Positions 12,347 to 27,300 of a DNA stretch of 64,000 nucleotides are shown here, one piece after another. Position 1 is the stretch's first letter, and every line of letters begins with the position of its first letter. The stretch is from Bugula neritina. Its lineage: Eukaryota; Animalia; Bryozoa. Below the pieces are notes generated by a model. It had not been told where the DNA came from. It did not search any database and worked only from the letters and a program-made list of their open reading frames with translations. Location: NCBI GenBank assembly GCA_964035545.1, contig OZ037773.1, positions 835,751 through 899,750 of the forward strand, read 5' to 3'. The translations under genes and the position numbers were made by a program.

Positions 12347-15300
12347 TACACTGTATTGGGTGAGAGAAAAAAGCTTGACATTTTAATATGTTCATTTTAC
12401 AGCTATGTAAATATTTAACAAATGATATATAACTAAACTGTAAGTTTGCTAGTTTATATAACTTTCATCATATTTAGTTTTTATGCAATTGCCGTAATCA
12501 ATAAAATCTAAAGCCATCTTTCCGACTAAAGCATGCTATATTGTAACTAGGAATAATTTCAAAGTCAGAGTTTATGATAATATAGTTTTTCAAGCATTAA
12601 TATAATATAACATTATGTCAGTGTGATTAATTTATAATATTCCTAATTTACAGTGTCTTTATCTCAAACTACCACGGCTACCACCACTACAGGTATAATA
12701 TATTGTATAGTTTTGTAATGTTATGTGTTCTAACTAGAAACTTAAGTTTATTAAATGATTCTAAGATGCTGAGCAGGTACTTAGAAAAGAGCTAAAAAAA
12801 AACTTACAAATTGCTTACATAACTTAAATTTCAATTAAAGATACTAAGGAGAAGAGGTTAATATTCAGCGAGTATATTTGTTATGCCATGGTATCAGTTT
12901 TACATAAGCCTCTAGACTGGCTGAAAAAACTGTCACCAACTTCCTTTTTTGTTGACAAGTCAAAAAAATGTATTGACCAGCTTTTGAAAATAAATTGCAT
13001 GCTAGACTTGAATCTTGTTTGATAACTATAGAAAATCAAACTGACCTGATTCTTTTATGTATACTTTTAGGACTGGGAACAGTCACTATCAGCGGCCCCC
13101 AGGAAGTTTATCTACACGGCACATCCCAACTAACCTGTCGCGCGTCTGGATTCACTAATCTCGCTCAGCTTAGTCTTCTGGCTGGTCCCAGCATGCAAGT
13201 AGTCGTTGGCTGTCAGATGTCAGCAGGGAATATGATTGGACCAGTTGCCCCAGTTAATGGTGCAGGAGTTGTTGTTGAGGGCATCACATCAAACCAGTGC
13301 AACACACTTTTCTCTTCTAGTGGCTTTTCTCTTCCGATAGATTTCACCATTGTAGACGCAAACATGATGGGACCCTTTATCTGCAGTGCATCTGTGTCTT
13401 CTAACTCTAGCCTGAATTCTAGTCCGTTGACTATCACTAGCTTCAAAAGTGAGTAGCTCATTTTTTCCCGCTCTTTCCCTGAAACTCATACTATATAATG
13501 ATAAAAATTCCAGCAGAGTTGAACGACATGTATGAAACATAACAATTGACAATGTAATGAAAGGGTGTTTGCTAACATTACATAAACACATCGCGTATAA
13601 TAAGTAAAATGAAAATTTAACATTCAAGCATACTCGAAAATCTTTTTCTAAAAAGTCTGGTGAAAGTAATTATATGAATGCCAATATAGTTTTTTTGAGC
13701 TGAAATTACATGGTGTAATCATTGCAAAGAATTGTAGAATAAGCTCTAAGCCAGGTAGTCCAATAATTTTAATATCAATGATGAGAGGTTGCTAGCATAC
13801 CTCTATTATATGGAATATAATTAAATATTTTTTTATATAATAATTATTGAAAATTAGAAAGCCAAGATTTTTATAAATATTTGCTCTACACATAAGCCAT
13901 ATCAGCATTTGAAGTTTTTACATGATATTATATAGTAACAATGTGATATAGTAAAAGTAGGCTAATAAGTAAAATAAATAAAAAGCAGTAACAATATAAT
14001 GTAGTAATGATGCAATATAGTAATATGATGTGGTATTGATGTATAACATGGTATAATAATACTATAATTTAGCAACAATATAAAACAGCCATGGTACATA
14101 CATATGTAATTGTAATGCATATAATATTATTGTAAGAATTTAGTATACAGTAATAATATTACAATATATAAGTAATAATATAAAATACCTATGATATATA
14201 GTAATACTATAGCATTAATATAGTAATAATATAAAAAACTCACACAAGTTTATAGTCGCTATCCCTGTGAGAAACCCCTGATGAAAAGGGTTTTTGCTAG
14301 AACGAGCTAAGGACTTGTTTAAATGAGGCACAGGAGCAATTATGACTGGATGCTCTTCCTAGCATCACCAATGGCCTTTGTCGGGGTTCGAACCCACAAC
14401 TTCGTGTTCACAAAGCAAACGCTTTAACCCCTAGACCACGAATATAGTAATAATATGACTTATTTAAAATAATTTAGATAATAGAGTAACATGACATAGT
14501 ATTATAGTATAAAATAGCCAGCTTTAGTTTAATCTGATCAACTCAAATAATATTTATGGTACGAGTTTTAATTTTAGATTACTTTCATTATTATAGATGA
14601 TCATTTTTTAGAAAGCAAATAGAATTTTGCTTACTATGATTTTTAGAGATTCTGATTGGTAATTCACTTGAATTCATAACTAAAGCTACCAAATAGAATT
14701 TCTAACAACTAGTTAATCTTCATCACTACTGCTGAAACGCAGAGCTTTATTTTTCAACTACGAAATTTTTTGATAAAATTGGAATTATTTATTCAAAACT
14801 TGTTTCAAAGGTGCTGACGTACACAGATGACTAACATGTTTGCTTTTCTCTTCAATATTCTTGTATTGATATGTGATGAAAATATCACATACATGTCCCC
14901 TGAAATGGGCTGCAAACTTAAAATTATTAACAACTAATCCTTTTACTTTGATTAGCACAATAGAACGTTTGGTTACTTTTCTAGATCCTGGGACCGTAGA
15001 TTTACTGACAGCTCTTTCAGGAAGTTTACCTGTGTATATTGGAGAAGTAGCAGGCTTTTCATGCTCTTCTTTGAGTTTCACTTCTCTGTCTCAACTATAC
15101 CTAAAGTTTGAGAGCTCAAGTGGAGATGTTGTTCTAAGTGGCTGTAATGGAACCAGTTCTAATCACCAGGGAAGTCCTAGTAGCTACGGAATTCCTGTTT
15201 TATCAGACAGTGAATGCGCAGGTGCCTTTAATCAACGGGGTTTCAGTATCCAGCTGGATGTTATAATAATGGAAAACCTGAGAAACGGTTCATTCTCCTG

Positions 15301-18300
15301 CGTTGGAATAGAAACTGATTTAGGGCACTTAGAGGTCAATTCTGGGACATCATATAGCCCGACAGATGTCAGAGGTAAGTAACAACTTTACCTGTACCAA
15401 GTATGATACACAGTAAACTTATTAATCTTATCAGGTGTAACATAGAGCAGATTTATCTAAACCAAAAGTAGTAAATGCTATCTATACTCAATAAATATGT
15501 GTAATATTCTATAGAAAGAAAATCAATCCAAGTATCAATTATCCAGTGTTTGCCATTAATTGCTGGTCTCCTTTTCATTTGCAGGCCCTGTAGCTGTAGA
15601 CATCACTATCCCAAATGAGTTCTATCTTTATGGGACATCTACTTTCACATGTAATGCAACTGGATTCACTAATATCACTCAACTTCAACTGATAGAGGGT
15701 CACACCAATAGTGTTATGGCAGGATGTCGGCTAGGTCTTGGAGGAGCTGTCGGCCAATCACCCTCTCATATTCCTGGACTCAATGCTCAAGCAATCTCCG
15801 ATCATCAGTGTGCCAATATCTTCTCTGCTACTGGTTTTGCACTGTCCATAAGTGTAACTATCACTAATGACATGGTGGTGGGACCATTTTATTGCTATGC
15901 TCAAGTTCTCCCACCTAGATTCTTTTCCTCTTCCCTTATCTCAATTGCCCAGTTTAAAAGTGAGTTTACTTTTCTTTTATTATTCCTATGTATCACACAG
16001 ATTTTCATTAAATACTAAAAGCACTTTTTGAGTCAAAACAGATGGTTGAAAAGAAGTAATCAGGTCTGCAAATAGTAAAATGACAGAGAATGTAAAAATA
16101 TATCTGTAGCTCCACCTGACAAAGGCTATTTGTGCAACACGTATTATTTAAAAATATACTGATTGCGTCATAGCAGGGTCAGCATATGTTTTACATTATA
16201 ATTAACAAAAGATGGTGAATAAGAGATAAAAAAACTAATACTCTTATGTGTCGGGGCCAGGAAATATACTTTGATGAATACTGCTGCTAGATTTAAAACA
16301 AATATTAAGAATTTATAGACTTTAATGGCTTTTGTCACTTAGCCTTCTTTTGATTGGTCGCTAATAGCAGAATATGAGACTCTATCTTTTTCATTCACAT
16401 TATCCAATCACGTTTTATAACATGAAGAAACATAAAGTAAAAACTGAAAACTATTATCAAATTTCTATGACAAACTTGTACTTCAGTAAACTGTTATTGA
16501 ACTCTACTTTTATTGAACTATATACTCTTACTGTATCATACTTTTACTATGTAACTATTCTCTTACTATACCACGCTTTCACTGTAAAAGCTTAACTTTA
16601 CTAATTGACATGGACATAAAGTATACACAAACCATACATACTCACAAATCATGCACAGATTATATGGGGCATATATACAAAACATATATACTGTATATAT
16701 AATATCATGCGCATAATTACTTTCATGTCTAAAATGTGTTGGAAAATTCAGCAGAAAAAATCATGTTTTAGGTTAAGGTATACTTCTAATAACAATTCGA
16801 GTTGAAATCAATGCCAACACAGCGTCTTTCAATATAATGATTTTAAGAACCAAAAATCTATAATGTTGATATGTTGATATAGATATAAAACATCTGTTTT
16901 TTTCAGTGCCTGGGACCATAGATTTGATTACACCGTTCACATTGACTTATCCTTGGTATATTGGGAAAGCAGAATTTTTGAACTGCAATGCTATAAATTT
17001 TATTTCTCTGTCTCAACTATACCTAAAGTTTGAGAGCTCAAGTGGAGATGTTGTTTTAAGTGGCTGTAATGGAACCAGTTCTAATCACCAGGGAAATCCT
17101 AGTGGCTACGGAATTCCTGTTTTATCAGACAGTGAATGTGCAGGTGCTTTTAACCAACAGGGTTTCATTATCCAGTTCAATGTTATTGGAATGGCAAATA
17201 TGAGAAATGGTACCTTTACTTGCATTGGAGTAGAAACGGAACTCGGGTATCTCCAGGTCAACTCTTCAAATACTACAACAGAACTTAAAGGTTTGTTATC
17301 ACTCTGTGTACAGATTGAGCTACTTCCAAGGGCACCATTCCTGATATTATATTGCACCAGTTTTTTCTTGAAATGGTTTTTATTTCTAAAATCATATGAT
17401 GGTAGTTTTCATTTTGTTGAAGTGCTTTCATCATAACAAAGCTATGTTTTACTTGTCTGCATAGTTACTACATAATATTCAAATAAACTCTTTTCTGTAC
17501 TGCATTTTGAATTAGTAATTTTCATGCAGCTAATTATAATATTATTGTGTTGCAGTTGCTCCACAGTCAATTAATTTAACCATTTCTCCACCGGATGTCT
17601 ACGTTGGTCAGATATTCTCTTTCAACTGCTTTTCAACACCACCAGAAGCTAATTCTGTGTTCAATTACTGTAAGTTGCTCTACTATTTTACTTCAATCAT
17701 ATATATTTATGCGCATATTCAAGCAGATATTCTGAGTTTGCCTAGTGATTAAAGTAGGTAAATTTTAAAAGTAAATAATTACAAATATTGCAAGCTTATG
17801 TCACTCAAGCCATTGCAACTTAAAGACCACATAGAATACTCCCGCAAGTTCATAGTCACTATGTCTGTGAGATTCCTGATGGAAAACATTTTTGCTAAAT
17901 CAGGCCCAGAACTTATCCAAATGGTACACAGAAGCAATTATGACTGAATACTTTTTCTAACAACATCATTTTCCTTTGCTGGGTTTGAACTTATGACTTT
18001 GGGCTTTAGCCCCGTTAAACCACAGTTGCTTCTTAACTTAGACTACATAGTTTGTGGATCTGAGAACCTTTTGCTTATAATGAAATATTATTATTTTTAA
18101 TACCTTTACATTATCTGCTCTCTCTTTGCACTAGATGTGACTAGTTCTACTGGGACTCTGTTATCGGCATCCTCTTCTTACACTCCGACAGCACAAGACG
18201 TACCTTATATAGACATCACTTGTGAAGACACAGCTCACCCTTATGCTGTCAATGCTGCCGTAAATCGAACAGAACGTAAGTTAGTACTCTTCTTAATCTA

Positions 18301-21300
18301 GCTATAAGACCTGCCAATAGCTCTAGCTTTGTAGATTACCTGTAACTTGATTTAAAACTGTTTTATTCATGTCAGAATCTAGTACTAAGGCAGAAACAAA
18401 CCAAAACAGTAAACTACTCCAGATTTATTTACTTATTCAAAATATTAGACTAATTCATCAACAAATTTAATAAGAGGTGGAGGACATGGTGCGTCGCCCA
18501 AGAGGAAGTAACAGTGAGGCCCAACTTTTTGCTAAATTCTGGCGGCTGAGATTTTCATAAAAGCTGTTTAAATTTTAATATTATATTTTCTAATGTTTTT
18601 AGTCTAGCCAAAGAAGTTGTATATAACCTTAGATAGAATGAAAACAGGTCAAATATAAAAGCAATGATTGCTTACTACATGCTTTTAAACACAACAATGG
18701 TAATTACCAACATAATGAAAAATATTTTTATAGGACAGTAAATACCAAATTTATCATAGGTAGGATTTTTATGATTTAATATCTTAGAAAAATAGAAAGG
18801 GGCCGATCAGTGAGCAAACATGACGGTAACGAAACCAAAGATCTATAAAGTTTATATAATATGTTAGGTAGTTGTTATTAGCACATATTGCTTTTACATG
18901 ACTCTACAATTAATACATTAGGTATTTTGTTTAATTTAAGAAAGTCAATAAATGCTACATACATATTCCAAGATCACTAATTGTATAACTAAACTACATA
19001 ATAGAAATTTGCCTACTTTAGCAACATTTTGTAAAAATCTATTTTTACTTCGGTATAGACAAAGTGCATGCCACAAATTGGCAATAATCTTAAAACAGCA
19101 TGACTAGAGGTGAGAGATCAAACTCATACTGACGCTACATATTTTAGGCTTGATTATAATGACTACTACTACCACTAGTAGTACTACAACAACACTAGCA
19201 CCAGTCACTACAGCACCACCAGTCACTGCAGCACCACCAGTCACTACAGCACCACCAGTCACTGCAGCACCACCAGTCACTGCAGCACCACCAGCCACTA
19301 CAGCACCACAGGTCACTACAGCACCACCAGCCACTACAGCACCACCAGTCACTGCAGCACCACCAGTCACTACAGCACCACCAGTCACTGCAGCACCACC
19401 AGTCACTACAGCACCACCAGTCACTACAGCACCACCAGTCACTACAGCACCACCAATCACTGCAGCACCACCAGTCACTACAGCACCACCAATCACTGCA
19501 GCACCACCAATCACTGCAGCACCACCAGTCACTGCAGCACCACCAGTCACTACAGCACCACCAGTCACTACAGCACCACCAGTCACTGCAGCACCACCAG
19601 TCACTGCAGCACCACCAGTCACTACAGCACCACCAGTTACTATAGCACCACCAGTCACTACAGCACCACCAGTCACTGCAGCACCACCAGTCACTACAGC
19701 ACCACCAGTCACTACAGCACCAGCTCCGATCACTGCACCACCATCTTCAAACACTTCTACAATGAATAGTCAGTTTATTTAATATACATACAAGTTGCTT
19801 TTTATCATCGGTGAATGCTGTAAAATAACCAAAGTTTTATTTTTCCATCAGGGTTGTGAGCAAATAGGTCAATCAATAACCAGTTACAAACACTCTCCCC
19901 TGACTTATATAACACTCATTATATCAAGCTATGCTGTTCACAGGTAATTCTTCCTAGTTATCTAAACACATTTATCAGCTGTTGGTGTTATATTCTAGAT
20001 CCTGCAGTAACTCTTCACTCAAACACAGACACCTTCCCAGATTTCTATGTTGGACAATCAGTAACTTTCACTTGTCACGCTACTGGATTTGTCTCCCTTG
20101 AGCGAATGCACTTTGTATACAAAAATACATCTAATCCCTCATTTGTTGGTTGCAAAGATGGTAGCATTGATAACGCTAATGGTGTGACCACAATTGAAGG
20201 GCCAGACTCTCAGCACTGTCTGTCAACAGCCAATAATATTTCTGAATTTCAGTTCACAGCTACACTGAATATAACCGCAGATCTGGCTAATGATGAGTTT
20301 GATTGTGGAACATACGACAGAAACCTGAATATGGTGTTCAGATCCACTCCCATTTATGTTACTACTGTTAGAGGTTTGTGATGTGTCTGACCAGTTTCAT
20401 TATGTATACAGCAAACCTATATATTCTATAAATACGTGATTGTTGAAGTTCCTACTGATTATAACTAGCACAGTTTGGTCTTAGAGTTTCATTTAACCAG
20501 AAAACAAAAGTTTAAAATAAATACTCGTACCATTCCTTTAATTCCACTACTGTGCCTACAGCTTTACCAAAATATTGTCATCACAGTTTTTTGCATTTAC
20601 TGTTTTATACATTTCTAGTTCCTCCCATGTCCGAAGATGTTGATGTAGACATTCAACCGTGGCCTATAGTAGAGAATGCCCCATTTACCATCACGTGTTC
20701 AACTCCATCCAATAGCGTAGTGTATAATTACAGTACGTATAAAAACTAAGATATAAAAAAAAAGAATTTAGCTCAAGTTATTAGCATTTTTGAAAACACA
20801 AGCATATATCTGTATGCGTTTTTGTGAATTAAAGTAACTATAATATGAATGTTAAAATAGGTTTAAAATTGATATATGATTATTGAATAACTTTTTTAAT
20901 AACCTGTCATCAGTATAAAAAGTTAAATTAAAATGTAAATATTATAATATAATAATTAGGATAAAAATATCAGCTTTGTGTTTTGCTTGTTTAGGGATTG
21001 AGAGCAGAGATGGTCAGTTATTGAGTAACACCAGCACTTACACTCCTACAAGTAGTGACGTCTCAGGGATTAGAGTAAGCTGTACTGATCAGAATCATCC
21101 TAACTGGAGACCTCAAGCAAGAGCCCTTGTTATTGCAACTGTCTGTAAGTTTACAGGCTATCAAACTAAATTTTATGCTATCCAAAGCCAGTATAGTCTA
21201 ATTAAATAATATGATTCATAAATCAAACGCATGCATCCATATCGTCTTAAAAGATTTCATGCAAGTTGATAGTCGCTACCCCTGTGAGAAAGGTTTTTTT

Positions 21301-24300
21301 TGTTAAAGCAGGCCTTATTTAAATGAGGCACAGAAGCAACTTTGACTGGATGTTCTTCCAGACATCACCAATGGTCTTTGTCCAGGTTTAAACAAATGAC
21401 ATTGTGTTTACTAGGCTAACGCTCTAACTTCTAGACCACGACTGCTTCCTACATTCATATCATCTTATGATTAATCAAATTAATTTTTTAGCATATGGAA
21501 TACTTTCGCTCTCCCGGCTTTCTAACAACGAGTCTGTGTTCTACGTTCAAGTGCCAACTATTTTGACTTGCAATGCTGCCAACTTCACAAACCTTGGTCG
21601 CTTAGATTTGGTGTTCTACAACACATCATCCCAGGAGGTAGAGTTTAAAGGAGGGTGTACTATGGATGAATATGGTGTCTGGTCACCTAATAGAACCAGC
21701 TCTCTCTCTAATGATCTATACATTAGATCGAATACAGGAAACGGTTGTCTAATGGCTCATTCTGATTCGGCAGTCAACTTTACCATAACCCTGAGAAATC
21801 AGATATTGAAGGGCTATTTCTATTGTGAGGCTACAGACTTTGCCACTGGTGACACAGTGTATTCAAATAGCATTCATCCAACAATTATTATAGGTGCGTC
21901 GAGTAATATCTCTATAGTCTAGACTAAGCATAAGCGCTTAACGAACAACAAATCTTTTGATACTTCAACAAGAATTCCACACACATAAATTTGGTTCTAA
22001 TGCTTTCAAAGATAGCGCAAAGACTTACCATATAAAATGGACTTTTGTCTGTAAAACTAGAATAATTATGTGAAGTTTCTTTTTAAAATTTATTTAAAAA
22101 TGTCACACACAGTAGTAGTTGTCAGCAAAATTAAAACTTTACTGACAACTCTCATTTGTACAGTGTACAGTGGTATAAATTTGCTTTTAGTAAAATATAA
22201 TTTGCTAACAACAGCTTTGCAAAATTTATAGAATGAAAGACGTGCACTAATAAGAGTAAAAAGTTTAAATCAGTTATCAATTTTATTTATACACCAGCTA
22301 AAAAATAAGTGCAGAAGTAGTATGCTTTCAATGCTTCAAGGTCTTCAAGCATTCAAGGTTTAAAATTCTGACCGCATAAAACCTGCACCAAACAGCCCAG
22401 TTTTGTTGCAGTGAAAGGTTTTTGCTCTAACAGGCTTGCAATAGCTCAGGTCTTTTGACTTGAGACTTTTTGATAAAAAACACAGCAAGTATTTCAATAA
22501 TTTATTCAAGTATGTTTTTGCAGTGAATACATTATTAGGTACTTCTAAACAGTTTTTCACTGTTTTTCGGTTCCCTTTGTTGTTTTACATTGTAAAATGT
22601 ACTTTCCCATTTTGACAGACATTCAACGTTGTCAAAAATTTTTTTAGCTGATCTATGCTGGTAATGCAGAATTCTATATTTTTATTATCTTGATATTCAA
22701 TTATTGCAGAACCGACTATTTCTATCAATACAAGTTTGAATCTAAAAACTAACAGATATGTTGGAGAAGAAGTAGAATTTAGTTGCCATGCATCGGAGCT
22801 TCTTTCTCTCAATTCCGTGATCTTGGAATATAGAGAGCACAATTTCAACACATTTGTTGGATGTAAAAATGGTTACATTTATACTATCAACACCTCTAGC
22901 ATTACCCTACATGGGCCGGACAATCAAGATTGCCTGCCAACAAGCGACAATATCACAGAGTTCAATTTCACAGCAAAACTGAATGTTACTGCAGATTTGG
23001 TGAATGGGCGGTTTCAGTGTATTGGATATGACAGGGTTCACAGTCACCCTTTCTTCTCAAAAACAGTAGACTTCCACAGAATTGTTGGTTGGTCATAATA
23101 GATATATATGTATGCATGTAAACTTCTTTAAAGTTTTTTTTGTATTTTGCATTCCATGGGCTTTTTTAGGTAGCAGAATTTTTAGGTGTGGTAAAGGTAT
23201 TAGTTCAGGTTTATTCACAAAATTATGAACATCGACTTAGCTTTACTTGAGATATTGAAACTTATTTTGTTTATTCAGAACCTGAAGTGACTCAGATTTT
23301 GAGTAACCCTGAATTCTACCTAGATGAAGAGATCAATGTGACTTGTCAGGCTTCAGGGTTTCACACTTTACATGGTCTGATGTTAGTCTACAGAAATGCA
23401 ACCACCACTTTAGAAACTGGTTGTGTGGAAGGGGTTCAAGTACATGGAAATAAGACTGGTATACCAGACGCGGATTGTACAGATACATCAGCTGATCAAA
23501 GTCACTCAAGCTTTGTTGTAAGGTTCAAAGTTCACATGAACATGCTTAGTGCAACCCTGACCTGCCAAGCATTTGACAGCCATCTTGATCGACATGAGAG
23601 CAGCTTGATTACTATTATTGATCATATCAAAGGTTTGCAATAATTTAATTTACCAATGAAATGTGCAGCCTTTATCAAGGCTGTTTTAAAAATTAGCTGG
23701 CGAGTCTAGAACAAAAACCTAATATTAATGTTTTGATTACATTGATGAACTTATTTACAAAAAATCTTTAAATTTTTGAAAAATTAAACAGCAGTGATAT
23801 TGCAAAAGTTTCAGCCAAGAAGTAATAATGGCTTTATATTATGTACATGAGATATACTGTTGGTATAAATTGTGATAAAATTTATGACTCCAGGATGCTG
23901 TAAACCAAAACACACACAACAAGGTAGTAAGTAAAGTACCTACTTTACATTGCCCCATTGAACATTTCTCAATATTGTATTTTATAAACAGTAGCACTAT
24001 AACCCTGTTACCTGCAAAAATTAAAATGGTTATAGTGAGAAATTATAGTCTGTTTCTCTGTCTTATATAAAAAAAACATATTTTTGCTCAACTTGGTTAT
24101 TATTTAGAGTGACATTTTGAAGTGAGTTCAATATTGTGCAACCAGAAGATCTATGAAAATTACAAATCCTATAAATTCCAAAATCATTAGTAGCTTTAGT
24201 AACTGATCTTCTTAGATTTAGTCACCTAACCTAAAACCTATTTACCCAAAGTGGCGATAGTTGGTCATATCAGTAATTGGATGTAAATATGTTGTAGATC

Positions 24301-27300
24301 CTCCTGGGCCAATCAGTATGACTATTAATCCTTTTCCTATTGAAGAAGGTCAACCCTTTACGTTTGAGTGTGAATCAGATTCCAGTCCAAACTCTACTTT
24401 CTCCTATTGTAAGTGGCTCAATTTACTTAATCTAGTACACATCAGCAATTTATGACCAAAAATTCAAGGTTGTTCAAAATTAATGAAAATTTGCTATATG
24501 GGGTAACTTTATGTGCTGATTCTGAATATGCAAAGTAAAAAAGGCTAGAAGGGGGTTATGCAGCAGTAAAGCGCAACGTCGTCGTCATATGAGCGAAATT
24601 GCAGTTTATCTCAAATCACCATGCCTAACAATAAAGTTTGTTGAAATAACATTTTATTAGTTATTTCAGCATTAAAACTTAAGTCATGTTTGTTGATTAG
24701 CTAGAAGGGGGTCAACAGTCGTAATGACGCAACGTCATTACCTCTTAAAATAATTTAGCTGTCGTTATTATATTGCACATATTTTATCCTAAAGTTAAAC
24801 TTTTTATCTTGGGAAACTACTTCTACTGTTGGTGGGTGTGACTTTTTCAAAAAAATCTATGTGGAAACAGTTTTCTGTTATAACTGATGCTCAGTAATTG
24901 ATGCATCATCTGATAGAGTAGCTTGCCTGAACCTCACACTGCTTATATATTACTAGCGTATTAAAATTTAAGTGCCCAATTATGTAAGTTCATAAGTCAA
25001 CTGCAAATAAATAAATCAGAATGGTTTCTAACACTCATTTATTTTTGAAATAATAAAATACAAGCAACTTGTTTGCATAATTTCTTAGATTTTCAGTTTT
25101 TCAACTCTAGTATTGTGCCATTTCCCCACCACTCAATGAAGTAGACACTTGGTTCACCAGGAGTCCTATTATAACCACTAAACGAAACAATAAAACATAG
25201 TTATATACATACTATATACAAGTTATTATATACAATAAGTACACACATATATATATATACAAACTCCATCAGCCCTGCCCATGTAATTTAGAGACATTCC
25301 TGTAAAATAAATAGAAGCAGTTTAAATAAATGATTACATGCATTATGAACCAAACTGATTGATTTACAATGTTAATTTGCTCTAACTATAAAGATTAAAA
25401 GTGTAAGAGTAACTAACCCAAGCCTGGTCAAATTCAGCCCAGTACTCATCTGACTCCATGAAATCATCATGATCTGACTCTGTTTCAAAAACTTCAGGAT
25501 TTTTCCAAATAGTCTAAAATAAAAGAAAGCCAATTTTTTTGTATGTAAATTCAAGAATCTGAAAACTGCTTAGAATGGATATCTATGCCTATTATCTCAC
25601 GCCTCCATATTATCTCTATCTTGAACTTCAACCTGAGTCTTCTGAGTGTCATCTAGCTCACTTTCAGAGTCACTGAAGTCAACAGCTACCTAGAAAAATT
25701 AAATTTTTTCCATAGTTAAATGCAACCCTTAGATTAGGTGCAGTATTCATAGGCAATTTGTAAGTTCATTAACAGGAGAATAAATCAAATAAATTATTTT
25801 TCAGTCAAACAACAATTGTAAAGGAAGCAAGATCTTATAGTTACGAGACAAGTTTTTCAAACCGACAGGCATAGCTTCACACCTTGAACTCGATTCTTAG
25901 TCTGAGAGACAGCTGTTTAGATCTATTTTTAGTTTATCTGTTTAACTCAATTACTTATGTTTTAGCTGTACTCAGAGGAGATGTGACTATTACAGCCACT
26001 AACACTTACACTCCTGTGGTACTTGATAGACATAACTTACACATTATGTGTATTGATACATACCACATGCACTGGCAGGGAGGAAATACCTCTCTCACAA
26101 GACACATTTCAGCATATTGTAAGCCAACCCAACACTTATAATAGATGACATTTTGCAGTGTATAGTACACTACAAAGATGTTGATATATTGTATGTATTT
26201 AAAGACAGAAAAGTTTTATCAGCCAAGAAACAACTAAATATTTTGACATCAAACAAAAATCAGACTATAAATCATAAAAGCAAGTTTATAAATATAAAAA
26301 TGCTATCCTTTAGACTCTATAATAAACCTGTACACTTGAAAACAAATGTATTTGGAATAAATTACCAAACTCTTTCTTATATAGCTACATATGAATCTAC
26401 AGACGTGTCATTCGAGTTTAATTTATCGTGTTTTTTTAAAGCTCACATGATTGATATTCTAAACTGATCATATATTTGATTATATTTTTCTAGCTGATGC
26501 TGAAGTCAACATATCTTATGTATCCAATGGAGATCCAGCTTTCTACCTTAATGACACAACTACTCTAACTTGTTCAGCTTCAAGCTTTACTTATCTCCAT
26601 TCTATTCAGCTGCACTTTTCCGGCATGTCTAATAACTTTACGAGTAGATGTTCATACCATCATGGTGCCTGGCACGCTGAAAGTACCGTGACACAAATGG
26701 GAGAGTTTGATTTCTCTCCAGTTTTCACTGATAACCAATGTGAACACATAACCAACCACTCAAGTATGGTGAACATGGTTATCAGTGTAAAAAACAGTCT
26801 CAGTATAGAAAATGGTTCATTTGTTTGTTCAGCTCATGAGGGTCTTACAGGGGAACATCATGTAACTTCTTTGGCAATTCACTCATTACTTGGTAAGGAA
26901 TCAGTTATTAACCAAAAACACATTATTTTACTTTTGTGTAAAGTTGCTGTGTACGCATTGCATATGCAAATAGTGTCGTAATTTCAATGCTTCCATTTCT
27001 TGTTTCTAGTTCCTCCCATGTCTGAAGATGTGGATTTAATCATTGAGCCATGGCCTATAGTAGAGAATGCTCCATTCACAGTTACATGTTCAACTCCATC
27101 CAAGAGCGTAGCATTTGATTACAGTACGTGCTATCCCATTACTTATCTCTTGCCACTCTTGAAGCAGAGTTGCCACACAGACCTCGTAGCGCAGTTTTGA
27201 TTACCAGTAGTCTAAAAATTAGTTGTGTGCAGATTTCAAGCAAATTTCATACATGCAAAATGCTGAAGGACGAGTGCAGAAGGCTGGTGTAGAAATGCTC

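Noticed and set aside
19104-19754. Minus-strand (GGAVVT)n ORF; likewise plus-strand ORFs 33846-34683
   Set aside because: Antisense shadows of the mucin exons, whose splice sites and phase fit the opposite strand.
24455-25830. Probable DNA transposon remnant in an intron (repeated GCTAGAAGGGGG and GCAACGTC motifs)
   Set aside because: I could not define termini or a TSD.
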